From assembly GCA_963664875.1 (NCBI GenBank), contig OY761611.1:2848001-2912000 (forward strand): a stretch of DNA of 64,000 nt, given 5' to 3'. Source of the stretch: Candidatus Kapaibacterium sp. (GTDB taxonomy: Bacteria; Bacteroidota; Ignavibacteria; Kapaibacteriales; UBA2268). Below are positions 18,781 through 29,010 of the stretch, piece by piece. A model generated the notes under the pieces. The model was not told the DNA's origin and did no database searches. It saw nothing but the letters and a program-made list of their open reading frames with translations. How positions within the stretch are numbered: position 1 is the stretch's first letter; every line of letters starts with the position of its first letter. Made by a program: the position numbers and the translations under genes.

Positions 18781-20415
18781 ATGAAAAAGATTCTTTTATC
18801 TCTGATTTTAGCTGCTTCTGTAATGGGAATGTACCGAGCGGAAGCATGTACTAATTTCCTAATTACAAAAGGAGCCTCTGCAGATGGTTCTACAATGATA
18901 ACCTATGCTGCAGATGCAGGCGGCTTTTTAGAACCGCTTTTCTTCCTTAACCCTGCTGACCACAAACCCGGCGATATGCTTACTATACACGATTGGGACT
19001 CACATAAATATCTTGGCAAGATACCTCAGGTGCCTCATACCTATGGCGTGGTTGGCAATATGAATGAGTGGCAGGTTTCTATCGGTGAAACTACTTTCGG
19101 CGGTCGTGACGAATTGAGAGATACAACAGGTCTTATTGACTATGGTACTCTTATTCAATTAGGACTTCAAAGAGCAAAAACTGCCAGAGAAGCTATCAAA
19201 GTTATGACTGATCTTGTCAACACTTATGGTTACTATTCCGGTGGCGAATCGTTTTCGGTTGCTGACCCTGATGAAGTTTGGATACTGGAGATGATTGGCA
19301 AAGGTCCCGGCAGCAAAGGTACTGTGTGGGTTGCTCGTCGCATTCCTGACGGCTATGTAGCTGCACACGCTAATCAGTCAAGAATCCGCAAAGTCATCAT
19401 GAACGATCCTGAAAACTGTATGTATTCAAAAGATGTTATTTCTTTTGCAAAAGAGAAGAATATCGTAGTAGAACACAACGGCGAATTTAGCTTTGCAGAT
19501 ACATACAATCCTTTGGATCCGGGTGGTGCTTTGTTCTGCGAAGGTAGAGTCTGGAGATTCTTCTCTTTGGCTGCTCCGAGCAACAAACTAAATGAAGATT
19601 ATTGGAGAGCAGTTAAGGGAGCAGAGCCGTATCCTCTTTATATCAAACCGGATAAAAAACTAACTCCAAGAGACTTGCAAGCCTTCATGAGAGACCATTT
19701 TGAGGGTACAGAATATGACATGACAAAAGGTGTGGGTGCTGGTCCATTCGGTTGCCCTTACAGATGGAAAAATTTAACATGGAAAGTTGACGGCGACACT
19801 GTAAACTCCTATGGTTGGGAACGCCCAATTGCAACTCAACAGTCGGCTTTCACTTTTGTTTCTCAGATGCGTTCATTTATGCCAAGAGAAATTGGTGGTG
19901 TTTTCTGGTACGGCGTTGATGCTGCTTCTACTTCATGTTATATTCCTCTTTATTGTTCTATGACAAAATGTCCTGAACCTTTTGTTGGCGGATCTATCAA
20001 AGAATTTGATATGGATAAAGCATTTTGGGTATTTAACGCAGTTGCAAACAAAGCATACTCAAAATACTCTTACATGATAGAAGACATCAAAAAAGTACAA
20101 AAACAGTATGAAGATAAATTTGAATTATTCCAAAAGCCTATTGAAATGGCGGCACAGGAGCTTTACAAAAAAGACAAAAAAGCTGCTATAGAATATTTAA
20201 CAGATTATTCTGTTTCTTCTTCAGAAAACGTAGTAGAAGCTTGGAGACAGCTATATAAAGATTTGATGGTAAAATACAATGATGGTTACATCAATGACTT
20301 CACAGCCCCGGGCAACGAAAACGGCAGACACCCTAAAGGCGTGGGCTATGGCAACGAAACATTCAAAAGAGCAATAGAAGAAAGACCCGGTTACTATGAT
20401 GTAAAATGGCGTTAA
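18781..20415 (+). CDS. C69 family dipeptidase
   Basis: Signal peptide then ACTNFLITKGASADGS (N-terminal nucleophile Cys), MNEWQVSIGETT, HANQSRI. Confidence 0.92.
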   Translation: MKKILLSLILAASVMGMYRAEACTNFLITKGASADGSTMITYAADAGGFLEPLFFLNPADHKPGDMLTIHDWDSHKYLGKIPQVPHTYGVVGNMNEWQVSIGETTFGGRDELRDTTGLIDYGTLIQLGLQRAKTAREAIKVMTDLVNTYGYYSGGESFSVADPDEVWILEMIGKGPGSKGTVWVARRIPDGYVAAHANQSRIRKVIMNDPENCMYSKDVISFAKEKNIVVEHNGEFSFADTYNPLDPGGALFCEGRVWRFFSLAAPSNKLNEDYWRAVKGAEPYPLYIKPDKKLTPRDLQAFMRDHFEGTEYDMTKGVGAGPFGCPYRWKNLTWKVDGDTVNSYGWERPIATQQSAFTFVSQMRSFMPREIGGVFWYGVDAASTSCYIPLYCSMTKCPEPFVGGSIKEFDMDKAFWVFNAVANKAYSKYSYMIEDIKKVQKQYEDKFELFQKPIEMAAQELYKKDKKAAIEYLTDYSVSSSENVVEAWRQLYKDLMVKYNDGYINDFTAPGNENGRHPKGVGYGNETFKRAIEERPGYYDVKWR

Positions 20416-20436
20416 GATTTCAATATACTTATTTAT

Positions 20437-20475
20437 AAAAGGCTGCTTACGATATTGAAAGTGAGCAGCTTTTTT
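20437..20475. terminator. Bidirectional intrinsic terminator
   Basis: aaaaggctgcttac...gtgagcagctttttt between convergent genes. Confidence 0.7.
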
Positions 20476-20482
20476 GATATTT

Positions 20483-20923
20483 TTACACACTTTCCACAAA
20501 TTCCTTAAACTGCTTCATCCATTTCTCGCCCTGCTTTTTGAACATCCCCGGAAAGAAAATAAACAGCATTTTTGGTATCAATCCGCTGACTCGTGTATAT
20601 TCAAATTCGTAAGTGTAGCGAGTCGAATTTGGACTGAGCTCGGAGAAGCTACACTTCATTGTGTTGTCCATGTGCTTATGCTCGTAAAATGCTTCGAAAG
20701 TCTCGGGGAGATTGTTTTCTATAATCGTTTCTTTGAGTTCTAAAGGACGATTATTCATTAGGTAGTATAAGTTTGAGACAGAACCTTTTTCGCCTTTCTC
20801 ACCGCTTATATGTTCGATTTTTTGAAAGCCGTCCTGCCACTTCGCAAGACTATTTGGATCTTTAAATAACTCGACAACAAGTTCCCTTGGTTTGGCAATA
20901 TCTATATAGCCCTGATACTTCAT
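20483..20923 (-). CDS. SRPBCC (START-like) family protein
   Basis: IDIAKPRELVVELF...KWQDG...MKQFKEFVE pattern. Confidence 0.8.
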   Translation of the reverse strand: MKYQGYIDIAKPRELVVELFKDPNSLAKWQDGFQKIEHISGEKGEKGSVSNLYYLMNNRPLELKETIIENNLPETFEAFYEHKHMDNTMKCSFSELSPNSTRYTYEFEYTRVSGLIPKMLFIFFPGMFKKQGEKWMKQFKEFVESV

Positions 20924-21014
20924 ATTTATACCTCACTCTTAGCTAAGTATTATTTATATAAATACGAAAAATTGTTTATGCTATTTCAATATAACATAAA
21001 CAAGATAGAGAGAG

Positions 21015-21674
21015 TTAATAAAAGCCATTGAGCTCTTGGTATGCATTGTAGTTTTTGCAATTTGTTTCTCCCAAATCCAAATCGAGCTCACCTATTTTTT
21101 TAGCAACTTTCAGAGCGTGTGCCAGCAAATGTTCGTTTCGCTTACCAATATTGATGAGGGCAATATTCATAGATTGCTTTGCTCGGTTGGGAGCCTGCAT
21201 TATTTCTTCTTCAATTTTGTCGAGAAAATGCATCATAGTGTCGTTGTTGATAGTTTTGCCGGATTTGCAAAGAAATGAAATGATGTCGTATGCAGTTCTT
21301 TTTACGTATTCGTAAGGGCTATCTGCCCATTTGAAAGCCTTTTCTAAGGCTAAATCAGTCTTTACCACAAGGTTATTGGCAAATATCTCTGAAAGATAGT
21401 AGAAATCAATATCGTGGACCCATTTGTCTAACAAATCACTTGTCATTTGTTTTGGGTCAGCAAGGAGACAGGCAAGTAGTCTCGCTTCCATGTAAGATGT
21501 ATCCCAAAGCTCTAAAGCAACCTCATGGTTTGTCTTATATTTTTTCTTTAGCCTTCTTATACTGCCGAGTTTAATACCCAGGATTCTGTCATTAGCACCA
21601 TGTTTTTTGTAAGTTTTATAAGTTTGAGTATTAGAATAGCTAAGTAAGTCTTGGTATATAATCTCAAATGTCAT
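21015..21674 (-). CDS. DNA alkylation repair protein (AlkD-like HEAT repeat)
   Basis: GIKLGSIRRL..., ALELWDTSYMEARLLA, W..SPYEYVKR, DLGETNCK. Confidence 0.82.
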   Translation of the reverse strand: MTFEIIYQDLLSYSNTQTYKTYKKHGANDRILGIKLGSIRRLKKKYKTNHEVALELWDTSYMEARLLACLLADPKQMTSDLLDKWVHDIDFYYLSEIFANNLVVKTDLALEKAFKWADSPYEYVKRTAYDIISFLCKSGKTINNDTMMHFLDKIEEEIMQAPNRAKQSMNIALINIGKRNEHLLAHALKVAKKIGELDLDLGETNCKNYNAYQELNGFY

Positions 21675-21778
21675 TATATCTCATTCAGAATTTACAATAC
21701 ACATAAATCAAACAAATTTAAGCAGATTTTATTGTAAAAAAAAGAAATAATAACGTCTTATTTGAATAATATTAGAAG

Positions 21779-22864
21779 CTATATATATTGCATTATCACC
21801 AGCGACATGTCGTCATTTGGCTTGTTTTCTCCAAGAAACAGCATTATATCAGATATAATTGCTTCTGCTAATTCTTCTATAGAAGATTTTTTTGAATTGT
21901 TTACACACTCTTTCAATCTATCAATTCCGTAAAGCTCTTTGGTGTTATTCATTGCTTCTGTGAGACCGTCAGAATAAATAATAAAATAGTCGCCGATATT
22001 TAGTTTACATTCATTGACTTGGAAATTTACTGATTTTAGAATACCAAGAGCAGGGGATTTGCTCTGAGCAAAATTCACCTCATTATTACTTACGTACATC
22101 GGTGGCAAATGCCCTGCGTTAAAAAAAGATATATGCCCTGAATCATCAGGCTCAGCATATACTAATGAAGCAAAACTGCCTTTGGGTTTATCTCGATAGT
22201 AGATTTTGTTGATTTTTTGAGCGAGTACAGCAAGATCAGTATTATTATCAGCAAGTGCTCTAATTGTAGCCTGCAACTTGACCATAAGTAGTGCAGCTGC
22301 TAATCCTTTGCCTGATATGTCGCCCAGTGAGATTGCTCTCCTCGATTCATCAATTTCCTGATAGTCTATTATGTCACCTCCGACTTCCTTTGCAGGCCTC
22401 GAAAGCATCCAAATGTTCCAGTGATTTATTTGTTTTATGGTATCAGGCATCATCGCAAATTGCACAGCTCTGCCGGCGTGCAGTTCGTCTTGGGCAAGCA
22501 TTTTGTCTTTCAGTTCGAGCATAAGCAGAAAAATAAGTCCGGCAATAGCGGCAATTAAAACTATCGCAGCATCATCTTCACCAGATTTGATTAAATGCTG
22601 ATAGTGAAAAAACATCACCAGAGATACTACCAAAACTATTCTTCTGTTCGCTGATAGCTTTAAAAACATATCTCTCAGTAGCCAATAGACAATGTAAAAC
22701 AACCCACGAGCTTTGCTCATATTCCTTATTTTGTCTTTTTGAGAGTCGTTTAGATAATACTCTTGAGAATCTGACCAATCCTGTTTGGAATTTTTCCAAA
22801 AATCATGCTCAAGGAAATCGCTAACTATAGTTTTTCTGATTGATTTTTTGTCTTTTTTTGGCAT
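21779..22864 (-). CDS. PP2C/SpoIIE (RsbU-like) serine phosphatase with N-terminal TM helices
   Basis: VGGD, GDISGKG, NAGHLPP, YSDGLTEA, DDMSL. Confidence 0.9.
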   Translation of the reverse strand: MPKKDKKSIRKTIVSDFLEHDFWKNSKQDWSDSQEYYLNDSQKDKIRNMSKARGLFYIVYWLLRDMFLKLSANRRIVLVVSLVMFFHYQHLIKSGEDDAAIVLIAAIAGLIFLLMLELKDKMLAQDELHAGRAVQFAMMPDTIKQINHWNIWMLSRPAKEVGGDIIDYQEIDESRRAISLGDISGKGLAAALLMVKLQATIRALADNNTDLAVLAQKINKIYYRDKPKGSFASLVYAEPDDSGHISFFNAGHLPPMYVSNNEVNFAQSKSPALGILKSVNFQVNECKLNIGDYFIIYSDGLTEAMNNTKELYGIDRLKECVNNSKKSSIEELAEAIISDIMLFLGENKPNDDMSLVIMQYI

Positions 22865-22972
22865 TTGTTTTCTATCTGCTGTTAAAATATTTATTCAAAA
22901 ATAAAGTTTTTGTTTTATAATCATATAGTTTTTTTATCTTTGAAAGTTAGGGCTTTTTTACTCTCATTAATA

Positions 22973-24886
22973 ATGCAAAAAATCATGACATTTCCTGAGA
23001 GATATAGAATTACTTTTAGAATCAATATTGTAGCCTTGCTGTTGTATTTGTTGCTTCCGAATGTAGCGAAGTCATTGCAGCAAGACTCTATAGAGATAGG
23101 TTCGGAAGAGTACCATAAAATTGTAAAACAAAACTTTTTACAATCAAACCGAGAAGAATTAGATTATTGGCTGCAAAAAGGAGAAAAAAAGGGAAAACTC
23201 GACCGCGATACTTTGCTCTTAGTCAAAGTATATGAGTACTATGCTCGTAAATTTTTTGAGACAAGAGAGATTGATTTTGCCCTTGACTATATGAAACGTT
23301 CTTATCAGCTTACTAAAGCTTACAGAGACACGAGTTTAATTATAAAAAGTAACATTCTTCTTGCTACTATGTATAGCTACGGTAATGATGACTCCCTTGC
23401 TATTGATTATTTTTTAGAAGCCGAACGTTTGAATACCGTATCAAAAAAAGGAGACAATATCAATGGATTATATGTCAACCTCGCTTTGTCTTATAGAAAA
23501 ATAAAAGATTACGATAGAGCATTTCGCTATTTCAAACTTGCCAAAGAAAAAATAGACACAAATAATTTGGTTCTGTATTCAAACTACCACTTGAATATAG
23601 CAAACTTATATGCAGATTTAAAAGAATATAAAAAGGCACAGTACCACGGCAATAGCGCAATCATGATGAAAAAACGACTTGGGGATATACCCGGAACTGC
23701 CCGCTCGTTGATGACTGTCGGTTACATTTTTCTGGAGTCAAAAAAAACATATATGGCTGTGAACTACTTTGAAGAAGCCTTAGAATATGGCAAAAAGCTA
23801 AATGATGTGTTTTTATTTCAAGATGCTTATAAAAAACTATACGAATCATATTCAACTTTGAACAGACATAAAGAAGCTTTAGAAGCACATATAAAATATC
23901 ATGAAATAAAAGACTCTTTAGAATACTCTGCAAAACAAAAAGAAATCAACGAACTTAAAGCTATCACAAGACTGCAGTCAAAAAATGAGTCCTTATTGAA
24001 AGAAGCAGAACAAAAACGAGACATTGAAGACAGCTTGCAAAAACAGAAAAACATTACTTATATATTGCTAGCTTTTGTAGTTATTGCTTTGTTTCTTGGT
24101 GCATTCATTATTCAACTCTACCGCCAAAAGGAAAGATTTGCTGCTCTGTTGACTCAGAGAAATAAAGAATATCAATCGATGAATTTGAAACTTAAAGATT
24201 CTAATGCAGCTAAAGACAAATTTATGTCTATCCTTGCTCACGATATGATTAATCCATTTAATGCTTTCCTTGGGATTACTCAATTCATACAGCGCAGTTT
24301 CAATGAGCTAAGCAAAGAAGAAATAAAAGAATCTATCAATGATATAGCCGAATCTGCAAAAGGATTATATACTCTTTTGGAAAATTTGCTGAAGTGGGGA
24401 CGCTCACAGTCCGGAAGGATAAACTTTTCTCCAGAGCATTATAATCTAAAGATGTTAGTTACCGGTACTATTTCAGTGTTAAATACTAATGCTATGGCAA
24501 AAAGCATTGAACTTGTTACTGATGTGCCGGAGAGCGTCAAAGTTTTTGTTGATCCTAATATGATTACCACAGTGATTAGGAACCTTGTATCCAACGCAAT
24601 TAAATTTACACCTCAGGGAGGTAAAATAAAAGTAGAAGCTTTTCAGTCTAACAAGATTACAACCGTTACTGTTACTGACACCGGGATGGGCATATCAGAA
24701 AGCGATATTAAAAAGCTTTTTGACTTAAGTAATCACCACTCTACGGTCGGCACTTCTAACGAAAAAGGGACTGGTTTAGGTTTGATTTTATGCAAAGATT
24801 TTATCGAGAGACATGGCGGAAAGATTTGGGTAGAATCTCAAAAAGGCAAAGGTAGCGTTTTTACTTTCACATTACCGGAAATGTAG
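22973..24886 (+). CDS. TPR-repeat membrane sensor histidine kinase
   Basis: Periplasmic TPRs, one TM, AHDMINPF, NAIKFT, DTGMG, GTGLGL. Start uncertain (22910-22985). Confidence 0.9.
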   Translation: MQKIMTFPERYRITFRINIVALLLYLLLPNVAKSLQQDSIEIGSEEYHKIVKQNFLQSNREELDYWLQKGEKKGKLDRDTLLLVKVYEYYARKFFETREIDFALDYMKRSYQLTKAYRDTSLIIKSNILLATMYSYGNDDSLAIDYFLEAERLNTVSKKGDNINGLYVNLALSYRKIKDYDRAFRYFKLAKEKIDTNNLVLYSNYHLNIANLYADLKEYKKAQYHGNSAIMMKKRLGDIPGTARSLMTVGYIFLESKKTYMAVNYFEEALEYGKKLNDVFLFQDAYKKLYESYSTLNRHKEALEAHIKYHEIKDSLEYSAKQKEINELKAITRLQSKNESLLKEAEQKRDIEDSLQKQKNITYILLAFVVIALFLGAFIIQLYRQKERFAALLTQRNKEYQSMNLKLKDSNAAKDKFMSILAHDMINPFNAFLGITQFIQRSFNELSKEEIKESINDIAESAKGLYTLLENLLKWGRSQSGRINFSPEHYNLKMLVTGTISVLNTNAMAKSIELVTDVPESVKVFVDPNMITTVIRNLVSNAIKFTPQGGKIKVEAFQSNKITTVTVTDTGMGISESDIKKLFDLSNHHSTVGTSNEKGTGLGLILCKDFIERHGGKIWVESQKGKGSVFTFTLPEM

Positions 24887-24889
24887 TTA

Positions 24890-25324
24890 ATGGTAGAGTT
24901 TACTTCCTGTGGGATATTACTGTTCAAGGATGAATGGAAAAAATTTTTGCTGATGAAGCACAAAGACCGTTGGGATTTGCCTAAGGGGCATATCGAAGAA
25001 GGTGAAAGTTTCATAGATTGTGCAATAAGAGAGTTTGAAGAAGAAACCGGAATAAAAAGAACTTATATCAGGATTATTCCTGCTTACAGATTTGAATTAA
25101 TATACTTCCCGAGACTAAAAAAATATCCAAGGCAAGTAGTAAAAAAGCATCTTTATATTTATCTTGCAATATTAGAAAAAAATAAAGACATAAAACCAAC
25201 TGAGCATGAGTCCTTCAAGTGGTTTAAGTGGGATCCGCCTCATAAATTACAAGAAAAGACTATCAATCCTCTATTGGACTATACGGATAAATTTTTCAAG
25301 GCAAACGGTAAACCTAATGTTTAG
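24890..25324 (+). CDS. NUDIX hydrolase (Ap4A hydrolase-like)
   Basis: WDLPKGHIEEGESFIDCAIREFEEETG Nudix box. Confidence 0.9.
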   Translation: MVEFTSCGILLFKDEWKKFLLMKHKDRWDLPKGHIEEGESFIDCAIREFEEETGIKRTYIRIIPAYRFELIYFPRLKKYPRQVVKKHLYIYLAILEKNKDIKPTEHESFKWFKWDPPHKLQEKTINPLLDYTDKFFKANGKPNV

Positions 25325-25997
25325 ATTTTCCATTCCAATCATACAGGCTGCCGGAGTCAAATCTGCCAAAGAAGCAGAATTGATGGCGGCATGTGGCTTT
25401 AAGTATTTAGGATTTCCTCTTAGATTAGACAGGCACGCGGAAGATATAAGCGACGCAGAAGTCAGAGAAATCAATCTTTGCTATCCAAATATATATTCTC
25501 CGGTGCTGATTACTTATCTTGAAAACGGATTAGATATTGTAAAACTTTGCACTTTTACTCAGTGCAAGATAGTACAAATTCATGGAAATATTGAGCTTGA
25601 AGAATTGCAAAAAGTCAAACGCGCAGGCATAGATGTTATTAAATCTCTGGTCATTGCTGATAACAATACAAAAGAGATTTTCTATCAATTGTCACTCTTT
25701 GACAAAATGGTCGATGCTTTTATTACCGATACTTACGACCCTTCCACAGGTGCTTCGGGAGCTACAGGGAAAGTACACGACTGGGACATAAGCCGAAGAA
25801 TAGTAGAAAAAACTAAAACTCCTATAATTTTGGCAGGAGGTCTCAATCCTGATAATGTCATTGATGCTATTAGATATGTAAAGCCCGCCGGAGTAGATAC
25901 TCATACAGGCATTGAAGATGAAAACGGCAATAAGTCCGAAGAGTTAATGAGAGAATTTGTATTATCAGCAGAGTATGGTTTCCGTGAGATATTTTAA
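25317..25997 (+). CDS. trpF: Phosphoribosylanthranilate isomerase
   Basis: VQIHG, GATGKVHDW, ILAGGLNPDNV, GVDTHTGIE. Start re-placed at ATG 25317, overlapping the NUDIX stop. Confidence 0.85.
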   Translation: MFRFSIPIIQAAGVKSAKEAELMAACGFKYLGFPLRLDRHAEDISDAEVREINLCYPNIYSPVLITYLENGLDIVKLCTFTQCKIVQIHGNIELEELQKVKRAGIDVIKSLVIADNNTKEIFYQLSLFDKMVDAFITDTYDPSTGASGATGKVHDWDISRRIVEKTKTPIILAGGLNPDNVIDAIRYVKPAGVDTHTGIEDENGNKSEELMREFVLSAEYGFREIF

Positions 25998-26565
25998 AAC
26001 TATTTGTTTAGTACTTCTATTTTTACTTGCTAAAGGCGAACTTGAGGCAAACAATTCCAGACGTTACCCAAAACATCAATTTGGCTTAGGTTTTTCGTCG
26101 ATAAGCGGTGCAGGTTTGACATATCAGTTAGATGTAAGTAAAGTAAGCTCCATTCAGACCATTTTTTTTGCATACTATCAGGGCGAAGAACCGCCTGACA
26201 AAGTCAAGTTATATGCCAATATCGGTTTAGAATACCAGTATAATCTATTCAATGACAGAGAAACACGCTATTATCTCTTTTCAGGTGCGAGCTACTGGCT
26301 TATAGAAAAAAGAGATTACAAATTGGGCTATGTCAATGATATACTTACTAAGCTTGCCGAAAATGATTTGCACAGACTCTATAATTTTGGGTTAGGCATA
26401 GGCTACGAAATAAAATTTTGGGGTCATGCTGCCTTTAGTGCTTCTTTAGGTCTGCAATTTCAAAAGTCAGATGAGAGCAATCTTGATAAACTTTTCGATA
26501 GAAATCCATCCGGTACTTCTTTCTTCGGATTAGGGGGTGGGATAGGTCTTAGATATACCTTTTAA
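25975..26565 (+). CDS. Putative small outer-membrane beta-barrel protein
   Basis: Signal peptide, alternating Gly/aromatic strands, terminal GLRYTF BAM-type motif. Confidence 0.72.
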   Translation: MVSVRYFKTICLVLLFLLAKGELEANNSRRYPKHQFGLGFSSISGAGLTYQLDVSKVSSIQTIFFAYYQGEEPPDKVKLYANIGLEYQYNLFNDRETRYYLFSGASYWLIEKRDYKLGYVNDILTKLAENDLHRLYNFGLGIGYEIKFWGHAAFSASLGLQFQKSDESNLDKLFDRNPSGTSFFGLGGGIGLRYTF

Positions 26566-26648
26566 CAATACCTTTCGAATATTTATAAATAACAAGATAA
26601 ACACCTTAATTACGTGTAATTTAGTATAATTTCGTTCAGCTTCAAGAT

Positions 26649-26665
26649 TTGGCATTGATTTTGAA
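26649..26665 (+). promoter_or_regulatory. sigma54-like -24/-12 motif upstream of TPR gene
   Basis: TTGGCATTGATTTTGAA (GG-N10-GA), nearly identical to the motif before flgB. Confidence 0.55.
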
Positions 26666-26694
26666 TGTAATTATCAAAATATACTGAGGTGTTT

Positions 26695-27996
26695 ATGGCA
26701 AATAATATGCAAGAAGCGGAACTTTGGATAGATAGAGGCGACGGATTTTTCAAAGCCCAGGATTATGAAAAAGCTGTGGAATGTTTTTCCAGAGCGATAG
26801 ATATGAATCCCCGTGCAGCTTTTGCTTTTTTTAAAAGAGGCAATGCTCTTTACGCTATGGACAAATTCAAAGAGTCGATTCCTGACTATAACAATGCCAT
26901 AATATTAAACAAAGAATTCTCATTTGCCTATTTCAAAAGAGGCTCTGCTTACTACGAAATAAGACACTATCAAAATGCTGCAGATGATTTGTCAATTGCT
27001 TTGCAGCTCAATCCTGACTTATCTTTTGCTTATTACAAGCGGGGTATGTGCCGAAAAGTCTTTAAAGACTACAAAGGTGCTATCGAGGATTTTACTACGG
27101 CAATAGAAAAAAATCAAACTTATATGCTTGCTTATTTCAATCGTGCAAATTGCTATTTCGAACAGCAAGACTACGAAGTTGCTATAAAAGATTATAGTAA
27201 GGTGGTAGAGCTCGACCCGTCAAACGAACAGGCTTATACCTCAAGGGGTATTGCTCATGGTGCCCTTGGTAATTACTCCCAAGCCGTTATGGACTATTCC
27301 TCTGCTATAAATGTAAAATCAGATGCATGGTTGCCTTATAACTATCGTGGATTGGTGTATAGTAAACAAAAAGATTATTCAAAAGCTATAGATGATTTCA
27401 ACAAAGTAATTGAACTCAATCCTAAGTTGCCTGATCCTTATAACAATAGGGGTATCGCACACTTTGCTCTTAAACAGTTCGATAAAGCTATTGCGGACTA
27501 TACTCGTGCAATGGATTTGAATCCGAACTCAGCTCGATTATATTACAACAGAGCAAACTCGTACTACAACAATAAGCAGTTTTCAGAAGCCATAAATGAT
27601 TTTTCTTTTGCTTTGGAATTAGATCCTCAGTTGGAAACAGCATTTCTCGGAATAGCCAACTCGTATTTTAATCTTGGTCAATTCAAAGAGGCTATTAAAG
27701 AATATAGCAAGGCAATAACAGTCAATCCTAAACTCTTTCATGCTTATATAGGTCGTGGCAATTCTTTTATGAAGATAAAGCACTACAAAAAAGCATTGGA
27801 AGATTTTACTCTCGCTATTGAGCTGAAACCTGATAGTGCTCAGGCTTATATGAATAGGGGGATTGCATTTAGAGCAGAAAAAATGATTGACGATGCCGGC
27901 AATGATTTCAAAAAGTTTTTGGAATTTTCTCCGAAAAATACCCGCGCATCTATTCAGGTGAAACAGTGGCTCAAAAAGCAGGGAATTGCTTTCTAA
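26695..27996 (+). CDS. All-TPR protein (about 12 tandem TPRs)
   Basis: Regular 34-aa repeats of type AY.NRG....A..DF..AI.LNP. Confidence 0.92.
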   Translation: MANNMQEAELWIDRGDGFFKAQDYEKAVECFSRAIDMNPRAAFAFFKRGNALYAMDKFKESIPDYNNAIILNKEFSFAYFKRGSAYYEIRHYQNAADDLSIALQLNPDLSFAYYKRGMCRKVFKDYKGAIEDFTTAIEKNQTYMLAYFNRANCYFEQQDYEVAIKDYSKVVELDPSNEQAYTSRGIAHGALGNYSQAVMDYSSAINVKSDAWLPYNYRGLVYSKQKDYSKAIDDFNKVIELNPKLPDPYNNRGIAHFALKQFDKAIADYTRAMDLNPNSARLYYNRANSYYNNKQFSEAINDFSFALELDPQLETAFLGIANSYFNLGQFKEAIKEYSKAITVNPKLFHAYIGRGNSFMKIKHYKKALEDFTLAIELKPDSAQAYMNRGIAFRAEKMIDDAGNDFKKFLEFSPKNTRASIQVKQWLKKQGIAF

Positions 27997-28053
27997 TTAT
28001 CTTCACTATATTTGATTAGCTTTACTATCCGGGGAAGTTATATCTAAATGTGA

Positions 28054-28437
28054 TTATTGCTTATTTATAGCAGATTTCAAAAAATTCTTAAACGACAAAG
28101 ATTCAGGTAAATTTGTATTTTCGTGATATGTCTTTGCCGGTAGATTCTTTCCGATTTCTTCACTTTGCGAAATGATTTTTTGATTTTCATCGCTTAGATC
28201 TGTAATCAGACTAACATTTTTTTCGGACACACCTATCAATAGTGTTTTTTCACCAGCTTCTATTACAAATAGACTACTTTTAGGTTGTAAGTGTAGCTTA
28301 GAAACAATTTTTAGATTTAATTTGCCGGAAGAGTTCTGGGCTTTAAGAGTGTACTTTTTAAGATAATAGAACATAAGCCCTATTATCCCTACACCTGCGA
28401 CCAAGGTAAGGAGAGATTGTAGCATCGTGCTATCCAT
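28054..28437 (-). CDS. fliO: Flagellar biosynthesis protein FliO
   Basis: N-terminal TM, LQPKSSLFVIEAGEKTLLIGVSE; follows fliN. Confidence 0.85.
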   Translation of the reverse strand: MDSTMLQSLLTLVAGVGIIGLMFYYLKKYTLKAQNSSGKLNLKIVSKLHLQPKSSLFVIEAGEKTLLIGVSEKNVSLITDLSDENQKIISQSEEIGKNLPAKTYHENTNLPESLSFKNFLKSAINKQ

Positions 28438-28532
28438 AACTGTACTTCCTGTATTTGATGAATTAAGCTAACACATTCGCCGGATTGAAAGCTAAAGACC
28501 GGAAAATTATAAATATGAAATCCAAATTAAGT

Positions 28533-28580
28533 CGGCAAAAAGCCCTATGGTATTATTTCCAAACAAAATAGGGCTTGCCG
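28533..28580 (-). terminator. Stem-loop between fliN and fliO
   Basis: cggcaa..agccctat/atagggcttgccg imperfect inverted repeat directly after the fliN stop. Confidence 0.5.
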
Positions 28581-28581
28581 C

Positions 28582-29010
28582 TTATCTTCTGAGATTACGC
28601 AATCTGTCTGCAGGGTCAACCAAAGTAGTAATCCTGATACCAAAATGTTTATCGATAACTACTACCTCACCCTCTGCAACCTTTTTGCCGTTAATAAGCA
28701 CGTCAACAGGCTCAGAGACAAGTTTATCAAATTCGATCACAGAACCTCTACCTAATCGCAGAATATCACGAATAAGCATATTGGTTCTGCCTAATTCAAT
28801 AGATACAGGCAGCTGAAGGTCATATAATAATTCGAGCTTAGGATCCAATGGCGAATATATAGTATCACTTTCGCCATAATCCATGTCTGCAAATTCTGCA
28901 CTTTCTGTATCTATATCACCGGAATCATGATCCGCTTGCATCCCCTCGCCAATATCATCGATGCCTCCACTCGAAATCAGAGCATCAATCTCTTCCTGAG
29001 TCATTGTCAT
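28582..29010 (-). CDS. fliN: Flagellar motor switch protein FliN
   Basis: [15 protein letters not shown]...[22 protein letters not shown]. Confidence 0.95.
   Translation of the reverse strand: MTMTQEEIDALISSGGIDDIGEGMQADHDSGDIDTESAEFADMDYGESDTIYSPLDPKLELLYDLQLPVSIELGRTNMLIRDILRLGRGSVIEFDKLVSEPVDVLINGKKVAEGEVVVIDKHFGIRITTLVDPADRLRNLRR

Noticed and set aside
26695-27996. Periodic sequence that might be a CRISPR array or DNA tandem repeat
   Set aside because: The periodicity is protein-level TPR repeats; no identical DNA repeats with spacers and no cas genes were seen in the window.
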